A stretch of DNA of 64,000 nucleotides from an uncultured Gemmataceae bacterium (GCA_963750165.1 CAVVPN010000004.1:896001-960000), one strand, 5' to 3'. Positions 17,581 through 27,991 are shown, counted from the first letter of the stretch. Translations and numbers: made by a program. Notes: generated from the sequence alone by a model not told the origin.

Positions 17581-19100
17581 CTTGGCAGTCGCACTTTTCC
17601 GAGTGCTCAAACCGCGAGATTTACGCAGTTTTTCAGCGCTTCGATGAGTTTCAGGAGTTCCGTTGCATCGGCCGACTTGGGTTTAATTAGGGCGTTCAAA
17701 GTCGCCCGCCGCAACACGGCAACCATATGACGCAACGACCATTCACTCTCCCAGGGTCCCATCACTTGGCGCAATTCCTCCGCCTCCGGCAACTGCCGAC
17801 CGGCGGTAAGATACCACACCATCACGACGCTCTGCAACGACCACACCCACGGCGCCACCTTCTCCACCGCTTCCCGACTGTAGTGTTGTGGCGCCTCGAG
17901 GTCCAGCACCTGTTTGCTCGCCCGGAACAGTACCTCAATGGACCAGCGCCAGGCGAACTGCGTAATCACCCACCCCACGTCCGCACGCACGTCGGTCGTG
18001 AACAGGTAGGCATCGTCCAACTTCCCGTCCGGGTCGCGCACCACCACCACCTGCACCGGCCGCAACCCCAACACCCGCGGCCACACCGCCCGGTAGGCGA
18101 ACGCCCGCAGGACGCGCTGCTCCCCGTAGACGGTCACCGTCACCGCCTGCCACACCCAGTCCCCGGTGGCCACGCGCTTACGGTCGGCCTTGGCGGCGGC
18201 TGCTTTGGGGTTGGGCAGACGCGGCCCCTTCTGCGCCTTGCGGCCGCGCCGGCCGGGCTTGGCCTGAGGCAGACGCGGGTCGTACACGGCCGCGTCGCCG
18301 CGCAACCGGCCGACGAAGGTCACGCGCTCGTCCAGGTCCGCCAGCAGCGCTTGGGCCGCGTAAGCGCCGTCGGCCACCAGGGTAAAGCGCCGGCCGGGGA
18401 ACCAGGCCAGCACTTCGGCGAGCAGCGCGCGCGCCAGCAGTGGGCAGGACGGCTGCGCCTGGCCGGGCCGGTGCAACCGGGCCAGCAAGGGCAACGCCAG
18501 GATCGGGGCGTTCGCGAAGGGCAGGCAGACGGCGACGGCGACGACCACCCAGTTGTGCCCCGCGGCCGTGGCGGTGCGTTTGCGGGTCGAGGCGACGGCA
18601 TCGCGGAACCAGCCGAGGCCCCAGACGTGCTTGCCGCGCTTGTGGGCCAGGGTGTCGTCCACCAACAGCGTGATGGTGCCGCCCAGGTGGAGGCGCGTCA
18701 GGATGAGGACGGCGACGTGGTAGGCCAACCCGGTCACGGTCCAGGCGGAGCGCGCAAAGAAGTTGTAGGTGGTGTCCAGGCCGTGGCGCCGGGAATGGTC
18801 CCGCAAGTCTTGGGGTTGGGCGGTGTCGGCGACGCGACAGAGGCGGTGCTGGCCCAGGCACATCACCCAGCCGAGCACGAGTTGGCAGTGGGTGTGGAAC
18901 GAGGGCAGGGTGAAGGCCGGGGCGAGGGCTTGGACGATGGGCTGGAGAGAAGCTATCATCAGCCACATGAGGGGCTCCTTCCGGCGAGTGCATGGCTTGA
19001 GAACCTATGCACAAACTTAGGAGGAACCCCTCTCTCTTTCTGCGACAGCCCCGTGACACTATCGGTGTTCGTCTGTTCATGGAAGCGTGCGACAGTTCAG
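17581..19100 (-). mobile_element. IS701-family insertion sequence (1520 bp)
   Basis: GTAC target duplication (17577-17580, 19101-19104); imperfect 20-bp IRs CTTGGCAGTCGCACTTTTCC / GGAAGCGTGCGACAGTTCAG (14/20); empty site seen in copy 1. Confidence 0.92.
17607..18968 (-). CDS. DDE transposase (IS701-like)
   Basis: LLVDDT...KRGK, LVADGAY, RWSIEVLFRASKQ; 453 aa intact. Confidence 0.9.
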   Translation of the reverse strand: MWLMIASLQPIVQALAPAFTLPSFHTHCQLVLGWVMCLGQHRLCRVADTAQPQDLRDHSRRHGLDTTYNFFARSAWTVTGLAYHVAVLILTRLHLGGTITLLVDDTLAHKRGKHVWGLGWFRDAVASTRKRTATAAGHNWVVVAVAVCLPFANAPILALPLLARLHRPGQAQPSCPLLARALLAEVLAWFPGRRFTLVADGAYAAQALLADLDERVTFVGRLRGDAAVYDPRLPQAKPGRRGRKAQKGPRLPNPKAAAAKADRKRVATGDWVWQAVTVTVYGEQRVLRAFAYRAVWPRVLGLRPVQVVVVRDPDGKLDDAYLFTTDVRADVGWVITQFAWRWSIEVLFRASKQVLDLEAPQHYSREAVEKVAPWVWSLQSVVMVWYLTAGRQLPEAEELRQVMGPWESEWSLRHMVAVLRRATLNALIKPKSADATELLKLIEALKNCVNLAV

Positions 19101-20571
19101 GTACAGCATCGTGCAGTTCGTCGATGACCGCCGGCTCGGCCCGGCGTTTCAATTCCTGTCGGAACACCGCGTCCTCGACGCTGACGGCAAGCTGATCGCC
19201 TACCGCAACCTGCACAAGATCCGCGAAAAACTGGAGCCGATCTTCCTGCGCCGCACCCGCGCCGAGGTGCTCAGCCAGCTGCCGGAGCGGACGCAGAACG
19301 TCGTCTACGTCGAGCTGGCCGACGCCCAGCGCGGCCCCTACGCCGATCAGCAGGCCACGCTCACGCGCCTCGTCCACAAAAAATATCTCTCGGAGGTGGA
19401 TCGTCGCAGAATCCTGTGTGCCATCGTCAACATGCGCATGCTCTGCGACAGCACGTACCTGTTCGACAAGCAGACGAATGTCTCGCCGAAGCTGGAGGAA
19501 CTGGCGGAGTTGCTGAAGCAACTCATCCTTGAAGGACCGCACAAGGTTGTCATCTTCAGTCAGTGGGAGCTGATGCTGCAAAAGGTGGCGGAGGTGGTGC
19601 AGGGGCTGGGCATCGGCCACGCGGTGCTGCACGGCGGCGTACCGGGCAAGGAGCGGCGCGGCCTGCTGGAGCGCTTCCGCGAAGACCCGAGTTGCCGGGC
19701 GTTCCTGAGCACCGACGCGGGCGGCACCGGCCTGAATTTGCAGGCGGCCGACACGGTCATCAACGTGGACGTGCCGTGGAACCCCGCCGTGCTGGACCAG
19801 CGCATCGCCCGCGTCCACCGCCTGGGCCAGCACCGGCCGGTGCAGGTCATCAACCTCGTGACGCGCGGCAGCATCGAGGAGCGCGTGCTGCGGACGCTGA
19901 CGATGAAGCGGACGCTGTTCGAGGGCGTCTTCACGGGCGGCAGCGATGAAGTTGGCTTCCAGGCACTGGGCCACACGGCGTTCCTGGACACGATGCGGCA
20001 GCTGGCGTCCGAGGAGGAGCCGCGACCGGTGGCGGAGCCGACGGCCCCGACGCCCGCGCCGGCCCAACCGGGCGTCGATCCGCGGCAGGTGCTGCTGCAG
20101 GCGGGCGTGCAGTTCCTGGAGACGATCGCGGGGCTGTTCGCGACGCCGACGGGTAACGGTCAGGCGGCGGACGTGCTCGGGGCGCTGTCGCCGGAGTTGT
20201 TGCAGCGCGGGGCGGCGGCGCTGCAGACGATCGTGCAGGGCCTGAGCAAACCGCGGCCGCAGGAGCCGGACAGGCAGAAGCCCGCGGGGCCTTGATCGAA
20301 GTGAAGAATCCGGAGTAGCCTGCGTGCGTGCCGTGGAGGTGAACTGGCGCACGGAGCCCTTCGGCAAGACGAAACACCGCTACGTCCCGACCGGCGGCGT
20401 TGTCGAGATGCACGGTCCTAACTGGCAGGCGCTGCGCCAGCTGCACGCCTGGTAAAACCCCATCCCGATTGCCGGCGAACGCCCATTCACACCTCAACCG
20501 CCTGGCACCGGCCGGCCGATAGGTGCTTTGCCCAACCTGCCTGGTTCCCCGCAGTCGGAGACATTCTTCGC

Positions 20572-20865
20572 ATGGAAGCCGTCGTGTCGCTGCCGACCCT
20601 GGAGGCGCTGCGTCAGTTCGTCAAGACGCAGCTCTGTCTCCACGACCACCTGGACCTGAAACAGACGCCGCTGTTTCAGGCCGTCGTCTCCAGGCGCGGT
20701 CGGCCGTGTGGGTTGTTCTTTCAGGTGCAGGGGCCGCGCTTGCTGAAGACGTATGCGCTGTGGACGGGAGAGGAGAATCGCATTATTTTCTATGATTCGC
20801 ACGGTGCCCGGTTTGGGGAGTGTCAGTTGATCGAGTCGCCGGACCCGTTGAAGTTGGCCGCCTGA
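20572..20865 (+). CDS. Hypothetical protein (planctomycete-type)
   Basis: 97 aa, GGAG RBS, coding-like codon usage; GRPCGLFFQVQGPR...FYDSHGARF. Confidence 0.7.
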   Translation: MEAVVSLPTLEALRQFVKTQLCLHDHLDLKQTPLFQAVVSRRGRPCGLFFQVQGPRLLKTYALWTGEENRIIFYDSHGARFGECQLIESPDPLKLAA

Positions 20866-20867
20866 TT

Positions 20868-20924
20868 CAACAGGATTTCACCACGGAGCACGCAGAGAGC
20901 GTGCTCCGTGGTGAAATCCTGTTG
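20868..20924. terminator. Long hairpin between convergent genes
   Basis: 26-bp perfect arms CAACAGGATTTCACCACGGAGCACGC, 5-nt loop. Confidence 0.8.
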
Positions 20925-20930
20925 TTTGAA

Positions 20931-22171
20931 TCAGAACCGCAGTTGCAACCGGCCGAGCCGCTCGGCGGTCTCCTTCATGAGGCCATCTTCTTCCGCCTCG
21001 TCCTTCGCCAGGTACGTCACCGAGAAGCGCAGGTACGCCCCGGCGTTGTCCCACGGCACACAGATCACCGACTGCTCATGAAGCAAAAACTGCGACGCCT
21101 CCTCCGCGTTGGCGAAACCGCGGTCGCCGCAGCCCTTCGGCGCCCGCACATACAGAAAATACGTGCCGCCCGGCATCTTCGCCTGGAAGCCGGCCTGGTT
21201 TAGCGCGTCCACCAGTTTCCGCAGCCGCCGCTGATACTTGGCCCGCGCCCGATCCGCGATGTCCGTGTGCTGCAGCGCCAGCGCTGACGCCTGCTGGATC
21301 GCCGCGAACTGGCCGGAGTCGCTGTTGTCCTTCACGTCCGCGAACGCCTGCACGATCTTCGGATGGCCGGCCACGAACGCCATGCGCCAGCCGATCATGT
21401 TGAAGCCCTTCGACAGCGAATGCACCTCAACGCCGACTTCCTTCGCCCCGTCGATTTGCAGGAAACTCAGCGGCGGCGCGTCGTAGCTCAGCAGGATGTG
21501 GGCGGCGTCCTGCACCACGACAATGCGGTTGGTCAGCGCGAAGTCGATCACCTGGCGGTAAAAGTCGCGCGTCGCCACGACGCCGGTCGGACTGTTCGGG
21601 TAGTTGATGACCATCAACTTGCGCGCTTGCGGATGTCCGCCGGGATGGCGCCGAGGTCGGGGTAGAAGCCGTTCTCCTCGCGCAGCGGCAGGTTGTAGAC
21701 CTCGCCACCGTAATATTTGGTGTGCGTGCCTGCGACGGGGTAGCCGGGCACCGTCATCAGCGTCACGTCGCCGGGGTTGATGAACGCGGCCGGCAGCATC
21801 GCCAGCGCCGGCTTCGAGCCAATCGCGTGGTTGACCTCCGTCACCGGGTCAATCGCCACGCCGAACTGCTGCTTCAGGAACGCCGCCGCCGCGTCCTTGA
21901 ACGCCTGAATGCCGTTGTCCGCGTAACCGCGGTTCTCCAGCCGGTCCACCTCGTGCTTGAGCGATTCGCGCACCAGGGGGTCGGCCATGTCGTCGTTTTC
22001 ACCGATGCCGAAGTCCAGCAACTGCCGTTCCGGGTGGGCCTGCTGCACGGCCCGTTTGGCGCGCTTGATCTTCTCGAACTTGTAGATTTCCGTGCCCTTG
22101 CCGTAGTTCGCGCCGCCCAGGCGGTTCGCGAATAGCGTCTGAAACCAGGGGTCGGCCGACGGTGTGCTCAT
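20931..22171 (-). CDS. dapL: LL-diaminopimelate aminotransferase (frameshift near 21621, probably sequencing error)
   Basis: YKFEKIKRAK, DFGIGE, GSKPALA, INYPNSPTG, HSLSKGFNMIGWR; one missing base restores KRAKLMVINYPN. Confidence 0.85.
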
Positions 22172-22191
22172 CGCTGCGGGGTTCCTTCGTT

Positions 22192-22311
22192 TCCTCCCCT
22201 CGCCCCCTTCGGGGGGAGAGGGATCGGGGGTGAGGGAGGGTGATTCGCCCGAGGCAAGACCCAACCCCCTCACCCCCAACCCCTCACCCCTTGAAGGGGG
22301 CGAGGGGAGAA
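22192..22311. repeat. REP-like inverted pair CCCCTCACCCCC...GGGGGCGAGGGG
   Basis: Arms CTCCCCTCGCCCCCTTC...GGGGGTGAGGG and CCCCTCACCCCC...GAAGGGGGCGAGGGGAG. Confidence 0.8.
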
Positions 22312-22560
22312 GCAGGCCAGGTTGCGCCCTTTCCCGGAGCAGAAAATTTATCCGGGGACGCCCCACCGATCAAGATGCCCCAACCGCCACGGCCTGCCAT
22401 TTTGGGGCTGAATTCTCCAGAGGCAGACTACCCCGCAGTGCCCCAGTCGGGTAAAATAGGACAATAGTTGTTTCAAACGGCGCAAGGGTTGCTCCCGCGC
22501 ACGGACGCCAATCCGGGTCACAACCGTCCCATGCGCCGGCAGATTAAGGGGTGACGACTC

Positions 22561-23187
22561 GTGCCACTCACTACCGAGGATCGCGGCCTCATCAAACGTT
22601 GCCTGAGCAAGGAACCGGGTGCGTGGAACGACTTCGTGGACCGGTTCCTCGGCCTCGTTTACCACGTCATCCACCACACCGCCCACCTGCGCAGCATGCC
22701 GCTGCGGCCCGAGGACACCGAGGATCTCGCCGCGGAAGTGATGCTGCAAATCGTCAGCAACGATTACGCCGCCCTGCGCCAGTTCCGCGGCCACAGCAGC
22801 CTGGCCACCTACCTGACCGTCATCGCCCGCCGGGTGTGCGTCCAGGAGTTGGCCCGCCGGGCCGTGGCGCGCGAGATTCAGCCCAAGGTCGATGGCGCCC
22901 GGGCCAACCACGAGGAGGCGGAAGAGGCCCCGCGCGCTGCCAGCGGCCTGGAAATGCTGGAGGAGGTCGGCAAACTGCTGGAGAAGTTGCCGGCCCGCGA
23001 GCGAAAGGTGGTTCGGCTGTTCTACATCGAAGGTCGCAGCTATGAGGAAATCGCCACGGAACTGAACATCCCGGTGAACAGCATTGGGCCGATTCTGTCG
23101 CGGGCCAAGAAAAAGATGCGGCAGGATGTCAAGAGCCCGCCGCCGCTGGTCCGGCCCCGGCCGCAGCAGCAGGCCGAGGAAGAATAA
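22561..23187 (+). CDS. ECF RNA polymerase sigma factor
   Basis: AWNDFVDRF, EDLAAEV, SLATYLTVIARR, GRSYEEIATELNIPVNSIGPILSRA. Confidence 0.9.
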   Translation: MPLTTEDRGLIKRCLSKEPGAWNDFVDRFLGLVYHVIHHTAHLRSMPLRPEDTEDLAAEVMLQIVSNDYAALRQFRGHSSLATYLTVIARRVCVQELARRAVAREIQPKVDGARANHEEAEEAPRAASGLEMLEEVGKLLEKLPARERKVVRLFYIEGRSYEEIATELNIPVNSIGPILSRAKKKMRQDVKSPPPLVRPRPQQQAEEE

Positions 23188-23195
23188 GGGCGACC

Positions 23196-23262
23196 GAACA
23201 ATGAGCACCCCGTTTACGTTTCGCGCTGTCTCCGCGAAACGTAAACGGGGTGCTCATTGTTC
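23196..23262. terminator. 30-bp perfect hairpin between convergent genes
   Basis: GAACAATGAGCACCCCGTTTACGTTTCGCG, loop CTGTCTC, reverse complement. Confidence 0.85.
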
Positions 23263-23274
23263 AGGCCGGGTGAA

Positions 23275-24228
23275 TCAACGCGGCCCGTAGCCAATGCCGC
23301 CGGCGCGCTGCAGCGAATTGGGCTGGGCGTCAGGCCGGCCCGAGGCCAGGTCAAAGGATGGGATGTTGCTCGGCGTCTGCCGCACGAACGCCCCCGCGGG
23401 CACGGGCGGATTGATCTCGACGTTGTTGAGCACCATGCCCAGTTTCAGCTTCTGCTCCGGCCAGCTCAGTTCGATCCGCCGCGGCACCACGCCGCCGCCG
23501 TTCTTGTCGAACTGCACCTCGGTCACGTGCGCCGAACAGATGACCTTGCCGCTCTCGTCTTCCAGCAGGTAGTCGGTGATCTGCGGATTATTGCCTTGCG
23601 CCTTGCGGCGGTTGAAGACCGTCACCTTGCGCACCAACTGTCCCTGCGGCGAGCGGGTTTTCTCGACCAGTTTGAGCCGCTCCGGCTCAACAACCACCTG
23701 CGGTTCGTAGCGCGTCGCGGGACCGTACTGGCCCATACCCAGCGTCTCCATGATCCAGTCCGGCTGGAACGGGAAGGGCAGGAAGCGCACCTTGCCTTGC
23801 TGGAGTGCCTGGTAAGAGCAGTGATACTGCGGCGAGACGTTCAGGCCCCTGGGCGGTTCCGCCTTGCTGATCCAGTACCAGAATTCCTGGTCGTTCGAGC
23901 CGAGGTCTACCACCTCCTTGCCGAGTACCGGTCCCTGCGCCTTCATGCGGAAGTTACGCGGCTGCTGGCACATCATCTGGCCAGGGGCGCCGATGGCCAC
24001 GACGCCATTGTGGACGGTCATGCCCACATCGGAGCAGCGCAGCGACTTGATGCGCGCGGCGTTCTCGTCCATGTAGTTCACGAGGGCGGCCACGGTCGGC
24101 ACCTCCTGCGGCGACAGCGGCGGTTGCTTGTCGCGGTCGTTGCGCAGGATGTTCAGCCGGCCGTTCGGGTTGCAGCCGAGCGCCAGCACGAACAGGCCCA
24201 GGCCCAAAAGCGCAATGAATCGCCTCAT
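23275..24228 (-). CDS. Lipoprotein, possible LolA/LolB-like fold
   Basis: Lipobox LALGC after MRRFIALLGLGLFV; QPRNFRM...DLGSNDQEFWYW. Confidence 0.7.
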   Translation of the reverse strand: MRRFIALLGLGLFVLALGCNPNGRLNILRNDRDKQPPLSPQEVPTVAALVNYMDENAARIKSLRCSDVGMTVHNGVVAIGAPGQMMCQQPRNFRMKAQGPVLGKEVVDLGSNDQEFWYWISKAEPPRGLNVSPQYHCSYQALQQGKVRFLPFPFQPDWIMETLGMGQYGPATRYEPQVVVEPERLKLVEKTRSPQGQLVRKVTVFNRRKAQGNNPQITDYLLEDESGKVICSAHVTEVQFDKNGGGVVPRRIELSWPEQKLKLGMVLNNVEINPPVPAGAFVRQTPSNIPSFDLASGRPDAQPNSLQRAGGIGYGPR

Positions 24229-24272
24229 TTCGATCGCCTGCCTTTCGAGCAAGGACGACGGGGGAAACACCA

Positions 24273-24758
24273 TTATTGCCAGCCGAGGACCTGAAACACT
24301 TCCTCCTGAACCGCCTTCATCTGCTCTTCCGTGAGCCGCGGATTGACCACCTCCAGCCGGTTACCCGTGCGCACGCAGCGGAGGATCAGCACTTCCTGCT
24401 CGTCCTCCGTGCGGGCCTCTTCAAACTTGAAACGCTTGCGGCGCATCAGCAGCAGCGCGATCACGAAGCGAAAATTCACCCGACCCAGCTCGGTCTGATG
24501 CTCCAGACGGGTGAAGCATTCGACGAGCATGTCGTCGTCGATGCGCGGCCGCTTCGCCTCCTCGCGGGCCGGGACACGGCCGCACCAGAAACTGAACGCC
24601 TCCGGCGGTGGCCCGTGCCACGCCTCGCTGCTGTAGTCGCGGCGGACGAACTGGTTCCCTTCGTCGAGGAGCGCCGTGAAAAACTTCTCGCCGGGTTGCA
24701 GTTCGCGTCCGGTGACGGCACAGCGGCGCGTGTTCGGCTGGATCTGGTAGTCGGTCAT
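24273..24758 (-). CDS. Conserved hypothetical protein
   Basis: RRCAVTGRELQPGE...RRDYS..AW...FSFW...FVIALLLMRRKRFK; 161 aa with RBS. Confidence 0.8.
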   Translation of the reverse strand: MTDYQIQPNTRRCAVTGRELQPGEKFFTALLDEGNQFVRRDYSSEAWHGPPPEAFSFWCGRVPAREEAKRPRIDDDMLVECFTRLEHQTELGRVNFRFVIALLLMRRKRFKFEEARTEDEQEVLILRCVRTGNRLEVVNPRLTEEQMKAVQEEVFQVLGWQ

Positions 24759-24950
24759 CTGCCCCTCCCAACGAGTCCGTGACGGGAGTCGGGGCTCGGC
24801 ACCAATTCATCGTATCGGCGATCGCGCCGACCGAGCAAGATTCACCGCACCCGCTCCGCCTGTATTTTCACACCTCGGGGGCCGACCGCAACGGTCGGGC
24901 AGGCCGTGCGTTTCGTGGCGAGTGCGCTGGATGTGGCCGGCGTGACGGTT

Positions 24951-26357
24951 TTACCTGGGCAACCACCGCTGCAACTCGGCCAGCACTTCCCGCGGCGTCT
25001 GGGCGCCCCAGCCGGTGAAGCCGCCGCGCAGCACCCCGTCGCTGTCCAGCAGCACCAGCCGCGGCGTTGTGTCCACGCCAAACGTCTGGTGCAGTCCCTG
25101 GCCGTCGAGGATGGGGAACGACAGCCGCATCTCCGTGTGTTGCTTGCGCACCTGTTCGGGGTTGTCGCTGACCGCCATGCCGATGACCGTCAGGCCCGGC
25201 CGGTACTTCTCGCTCAGCGCCTGGCCGAAGCGCAGCACCTCCACACCAATCGGGCTCTCGGGGTTGTAGAAAATCAGCAGCAGCGGCCGGCCGAACAGGG
25301 TGTGCAGTCGCACCGACTGCTGGCTAATCAGGTCGGTCACCACCGCGTCCGGCACATGGCGGCCCATGGTCAGGGCGGTCGGCACCTCCTCCTCGGTCGC
25401 CGGCAGGTCCGGCAGCGTCTGGCCACGGCGGGCGGCGTCGATGCGCTTCTGCACCTGCTGGACCGCCTTGCGATACGGCGTCGGCGGCTGGTTGTCGAGG
25501 TGCGCAGTGATGCGCCGCAGCAGGGCTTCCAGCGGCTGGCGATACTGGTTCGGGTCGCGCAGCAGGGGCACCGCCTCGTCCCAGAACTTCCGCGCCTGAC
25601 GGATCTCATCAGCCCGGTCGTCGAACAGTTTGCCGGGGTAGGTCAGACGGCTGTCCAGATCGTAGCGGAGCACGGCCCGGTGCGTTGGCTCCTTGCGCAG
25701 CGGGTCGCGCCGCTCCAGCACGCGCTCGACGCGGTAAGCGATGCCCAGCTGTGGCGACAGCCAAACGGTGTCGCGGCGCTGCCAGGCAGTGCTGTCGCCG
25801 CGCGGCCGGTCCCAGTCGTCGGACTGCTGCGATCCGATCAGCTTGACGCAGCTGGCGCCGTTGACCACCTCCAGGCCGGCGACGCGCCAGGTGCGCGGCG
25901 GCCGGCCGACCTCAGCCACGACCCAGGAATCCTGCACGCCGACCCTGGCTCGCGGCACTTCTACCAGGGCGCCCCACTCGACGGTGGGCGGCCCCTCCAG
26001 CGGCGCGACCAGCCCCGCCGGCCCGCGGACGCGGCCCTGCGGTGTCACCTCCGCCACCTCCAGGCGCACCGACCACGGCGCCCCCGGCACCGGCGTGCCC
26101 AGCTGCGTGCGCCGGCTGAGCGACGTGTAAATCGCCACCTGATGCTTTTGTGCCGTGGCGTCGAGCACCAGCAGCGTCGTTTCGAGCTTGTAGGACGAGC
26201 ACCGTTGAATGCCGCCGTTCAGCGTGTCCTCGACGAACGAGCCGGTGTACACCAGCTCCAGCCCACGGACGAACTGCGGGCTGAGCAGCCAGTCGGAGCG
26301 GCTGGGCACCTGGGCCGTCGCCAGGGAACAGGTGAGCAGGCAAAGTGTCGCGATCAT
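24951..26357 (-). CDS. Secreted protein with C-terminal redoxin/TlpA-like domain lacking CxxC
   Basis: Signal peptide; VPDAVVTDL...LLLIFYNPESPIG...FGVDTTPRLVLLDSDG. Confidence 0.7.
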   Translation of the reverse strand: MIATLCLLTCSLATAQVPSRSDWLLSPQFVRGLELVYTGSFVEDTLNGGIQRCSSYKLETTLLVLDATAQKHQVAIYTSLSRRTQLGTPVPGAPWSVRLEVAEVTPQGRVRGPAGLVAPLEGPPTVEWGALVEVPRARVGVQDSWVVAEVGRPPRTWRVAGLEVVNGASCVKLIGSQQSDDWDRPRGDSTAWQRRDTVWLSPQLGIAYRVERVLERRDPLRKEPTHRAVLRYDLDSRLTYPGKLFDDRADEIRQARKFWDEAVPLLRDPNQYRQPLEALLRRITAHLDNQPPTPYRKAVQQVQKRIDAARRGQTLPDLPATEEEVPTALTMGRHVPDAVVTDLISQQSVRLHTLFGRPLLLIFYNPESPIGVEVLRFGQALSEKYRPGLTVIGMAVSDNPEQVRKQHTEMRLSFPILDGQGLHQTFGVDTTPRLVLLDSDGVLRGGFTGWGAQTPREVLAELQRWLPR

Positions 26358-26501
26358 GGGCCCCTTCGCTGAAAATAGTCCGGTGATCGCCGCTGCCGCG
26401 CGCACGCGGCCCTGGCGGCTGGGTGCCGCTCGGAGAGGTCAATGCGGGGCGGAGTATAGCAACCGACCGAATTGTCACAAGCGAGGTTTTTTCGCGCCGG
26501 T

Positions 26502-27893
26502 TCACGCGCCGCCGGCGGCCTCCGGCTCTGGCACAATCGGGCGCTCGCTGACGCCGTTTGCCACAGCAAGGGGGCCAAGGGGGCCAAGGGGGCCAACGTT
26601 TTCATACGTCGAGATTTGGCCCTCTTGATCCTCGGGGACCAGCGCCGGCTCGGCCGCCGGCCGTAACTTGCCGGCCAGGTAAATGCCTGCCAGCGACGTG
26701 GCACACGCCAGCAGTCCCACCAGCGGATAGCCCTCCACAGGTGCGTCCTTGTGGGCCTGGTGCAGGAACAGACTGGCGGCGCCGGTGGCCAGCCCCATCG
26801 CAATCTGCTGCACCGCCATGTTGATGCTCATGAAACTACCGCGGTACGCCGGCCGGGCGCTCGCCGTTACCAGCGCCATCGCCGGCACCATACGACCGCT
26901 CACCAGCACCATGTACAGCGTCGTGACCAGCAGCGTCACCGCCACCGGGTTCGGCCCCAGGTTCGTCATCAACACGATCGGCACCAGCGCCAGCAGTTGC
27001 AGCACGCGGAACATGTACAGCTTGCCGAACCGGTCCGCCAACCGGCCGAACAGCGAGGTCGTGATTGCGGTCGCCGCGCCGCCGCAGAGGTACATCCAGG
27101 GCAGGTCGTGCAGCGACATTCCGGTGTTGCGAATCAGGTACGTGGGCAGATACGGGATGAGCGTGAATGACCCGAACACCAGCAGCATCATGAGCAGGTA
27201 GGCCCACAGGTGGCCGGGCACCAGCAGCACCTTCCACGGTGTCCGTGCGAGGTCAAAGCGGTTCGCCAGGTGATGGTGCAGCGGCGGCAACAGCACGGCT
27301 GCGCCCGCCCAGCACATGACGCTCAGCCCGGCCAGCAGCAGAAACGGCGTGCCGGTGCCGCCCAGGTCGGATGCCAGCAGTCCGGCCGGAATGCCGACGA
27401 TCATGGCCAACGAGAACGACGACATCACCACGCCCATCGCCAGGCCGCGCCGCTCCTCCGGGAACACGTCGCCGACGGTCGAGAGCACCACCGCCCCGAG
27501 CACGCCGCCGCACGCCCCGGCCACGCCGCGCGCCACCAGCAGCAGCGCGTAGTTCGGCGCCAGGCCGCAGGCCAGCGTGCCGAGCGTGAAGCCCGCGTAC
27601 AGCACCAGCAGCGCGCGCTTGCGGTCGAAGCGATCGACCAGGAACGCAGCCAGCAGCCCCGAGACCGCCGCGGCGTAGCCGTAGGTCTCCACCAGCAGGC
27701 CGAACTCGTGAATGCTGAGATTCAGGTCGCGCTGGTAGCGCGGCCCGAGCGGCATCATGATGATGAAATCGACGATGTGCGACACCTGGACCGCCGCCAG
27801 GATGCCCAGCAGCGCCCACTGGGCGGCGGTGATGGGCGGCGGTCCCTTGGCGGGTGGGGATGATTGGGCGGGTTCCTCCTGAGTCGATAGCAT
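26502..27893 (-). CDS. MFS transporter
   Basis: About 12 hydrophobic segments; DRFDRKR and GRLADRFGK loop motifs. Confidence 0.92.
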   Translation of the reverse strand: MLSTQEEPAQSSPPAKGPPPITAAQWALLGILAAVQVSHIVDFIIMMPLGPRYQRDLNLSIHEFGLLVETYGYAAAVSGLLAAFLVDRFDRKRALLVLYAGFTLGTLACGLAPNYALLLVARGVAGACGGVLGAVVLSTVGDVFPEERRGLAMGVVMSSFSLAMIVGIPAGLLASDLGGTGTPFLLLAGLSVMCWAGAAVLLPPLHHHLANRFDLARTPWKVLLVPGHLWAYLLMMLLVFGSFTLIPYLPTYLIRNTGMSLHDLPWMYLCGGAATAITTSLFGRLADRFGKLYMFRVLQLLALVPIVLMTNLGPNPVAVTLLVTTLYMVLVSGRMVPAMALVTASARPAYRGSFMSINMAVQQIAMGLATGAASLFLHQAHKDAPVEGYPLVGLLACATSLAGIYLAGKLRPAAEPALVPEDQEGQISTYENVGPLGPLGPLAVANGVSERPIVPEPEAAGGA

Positions 27894-27991
27894 GCTCTGC
27901 TCCGTGAATCTAACGGCGAGGTCAACGCTTTTCTACTCCATATCATATCCACGGACAATCGGTCTGCGCCGACGGTTCGCGGTCTTCCCAG

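Larger units (their letters stand above)
16507..20295 (+). pseudogene. SWIM-SNF2 helicase copy 2, interrupted by IS
   Basis: 358 codons (16507-17580) + 396 codons and stop (19105-20295) rebuild a 754-aa ORF. Confidence 0.93.
15532..20306 (+). repeat. Direct duplication, copy 2 (with IS insertion)
   Basis: Matches 7399-10609. Confidence 0.95.

Noticed and set aside
8334..20295. Diversity-generating retroelement (template/variable repeat) explanation for the helicase copies
   Set aside because: Differences are mostly G/C synonymous changes, not adenine-specific; no reverse transcriptase in the window; repeat far longer than a typical template repeat
26568..26597. 9-bp tandem repeat encoding GPLGPLGPL in the MFS tail
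   Set aside because: Three in-frame units in a disordered C-terminus; no frame-switching potential
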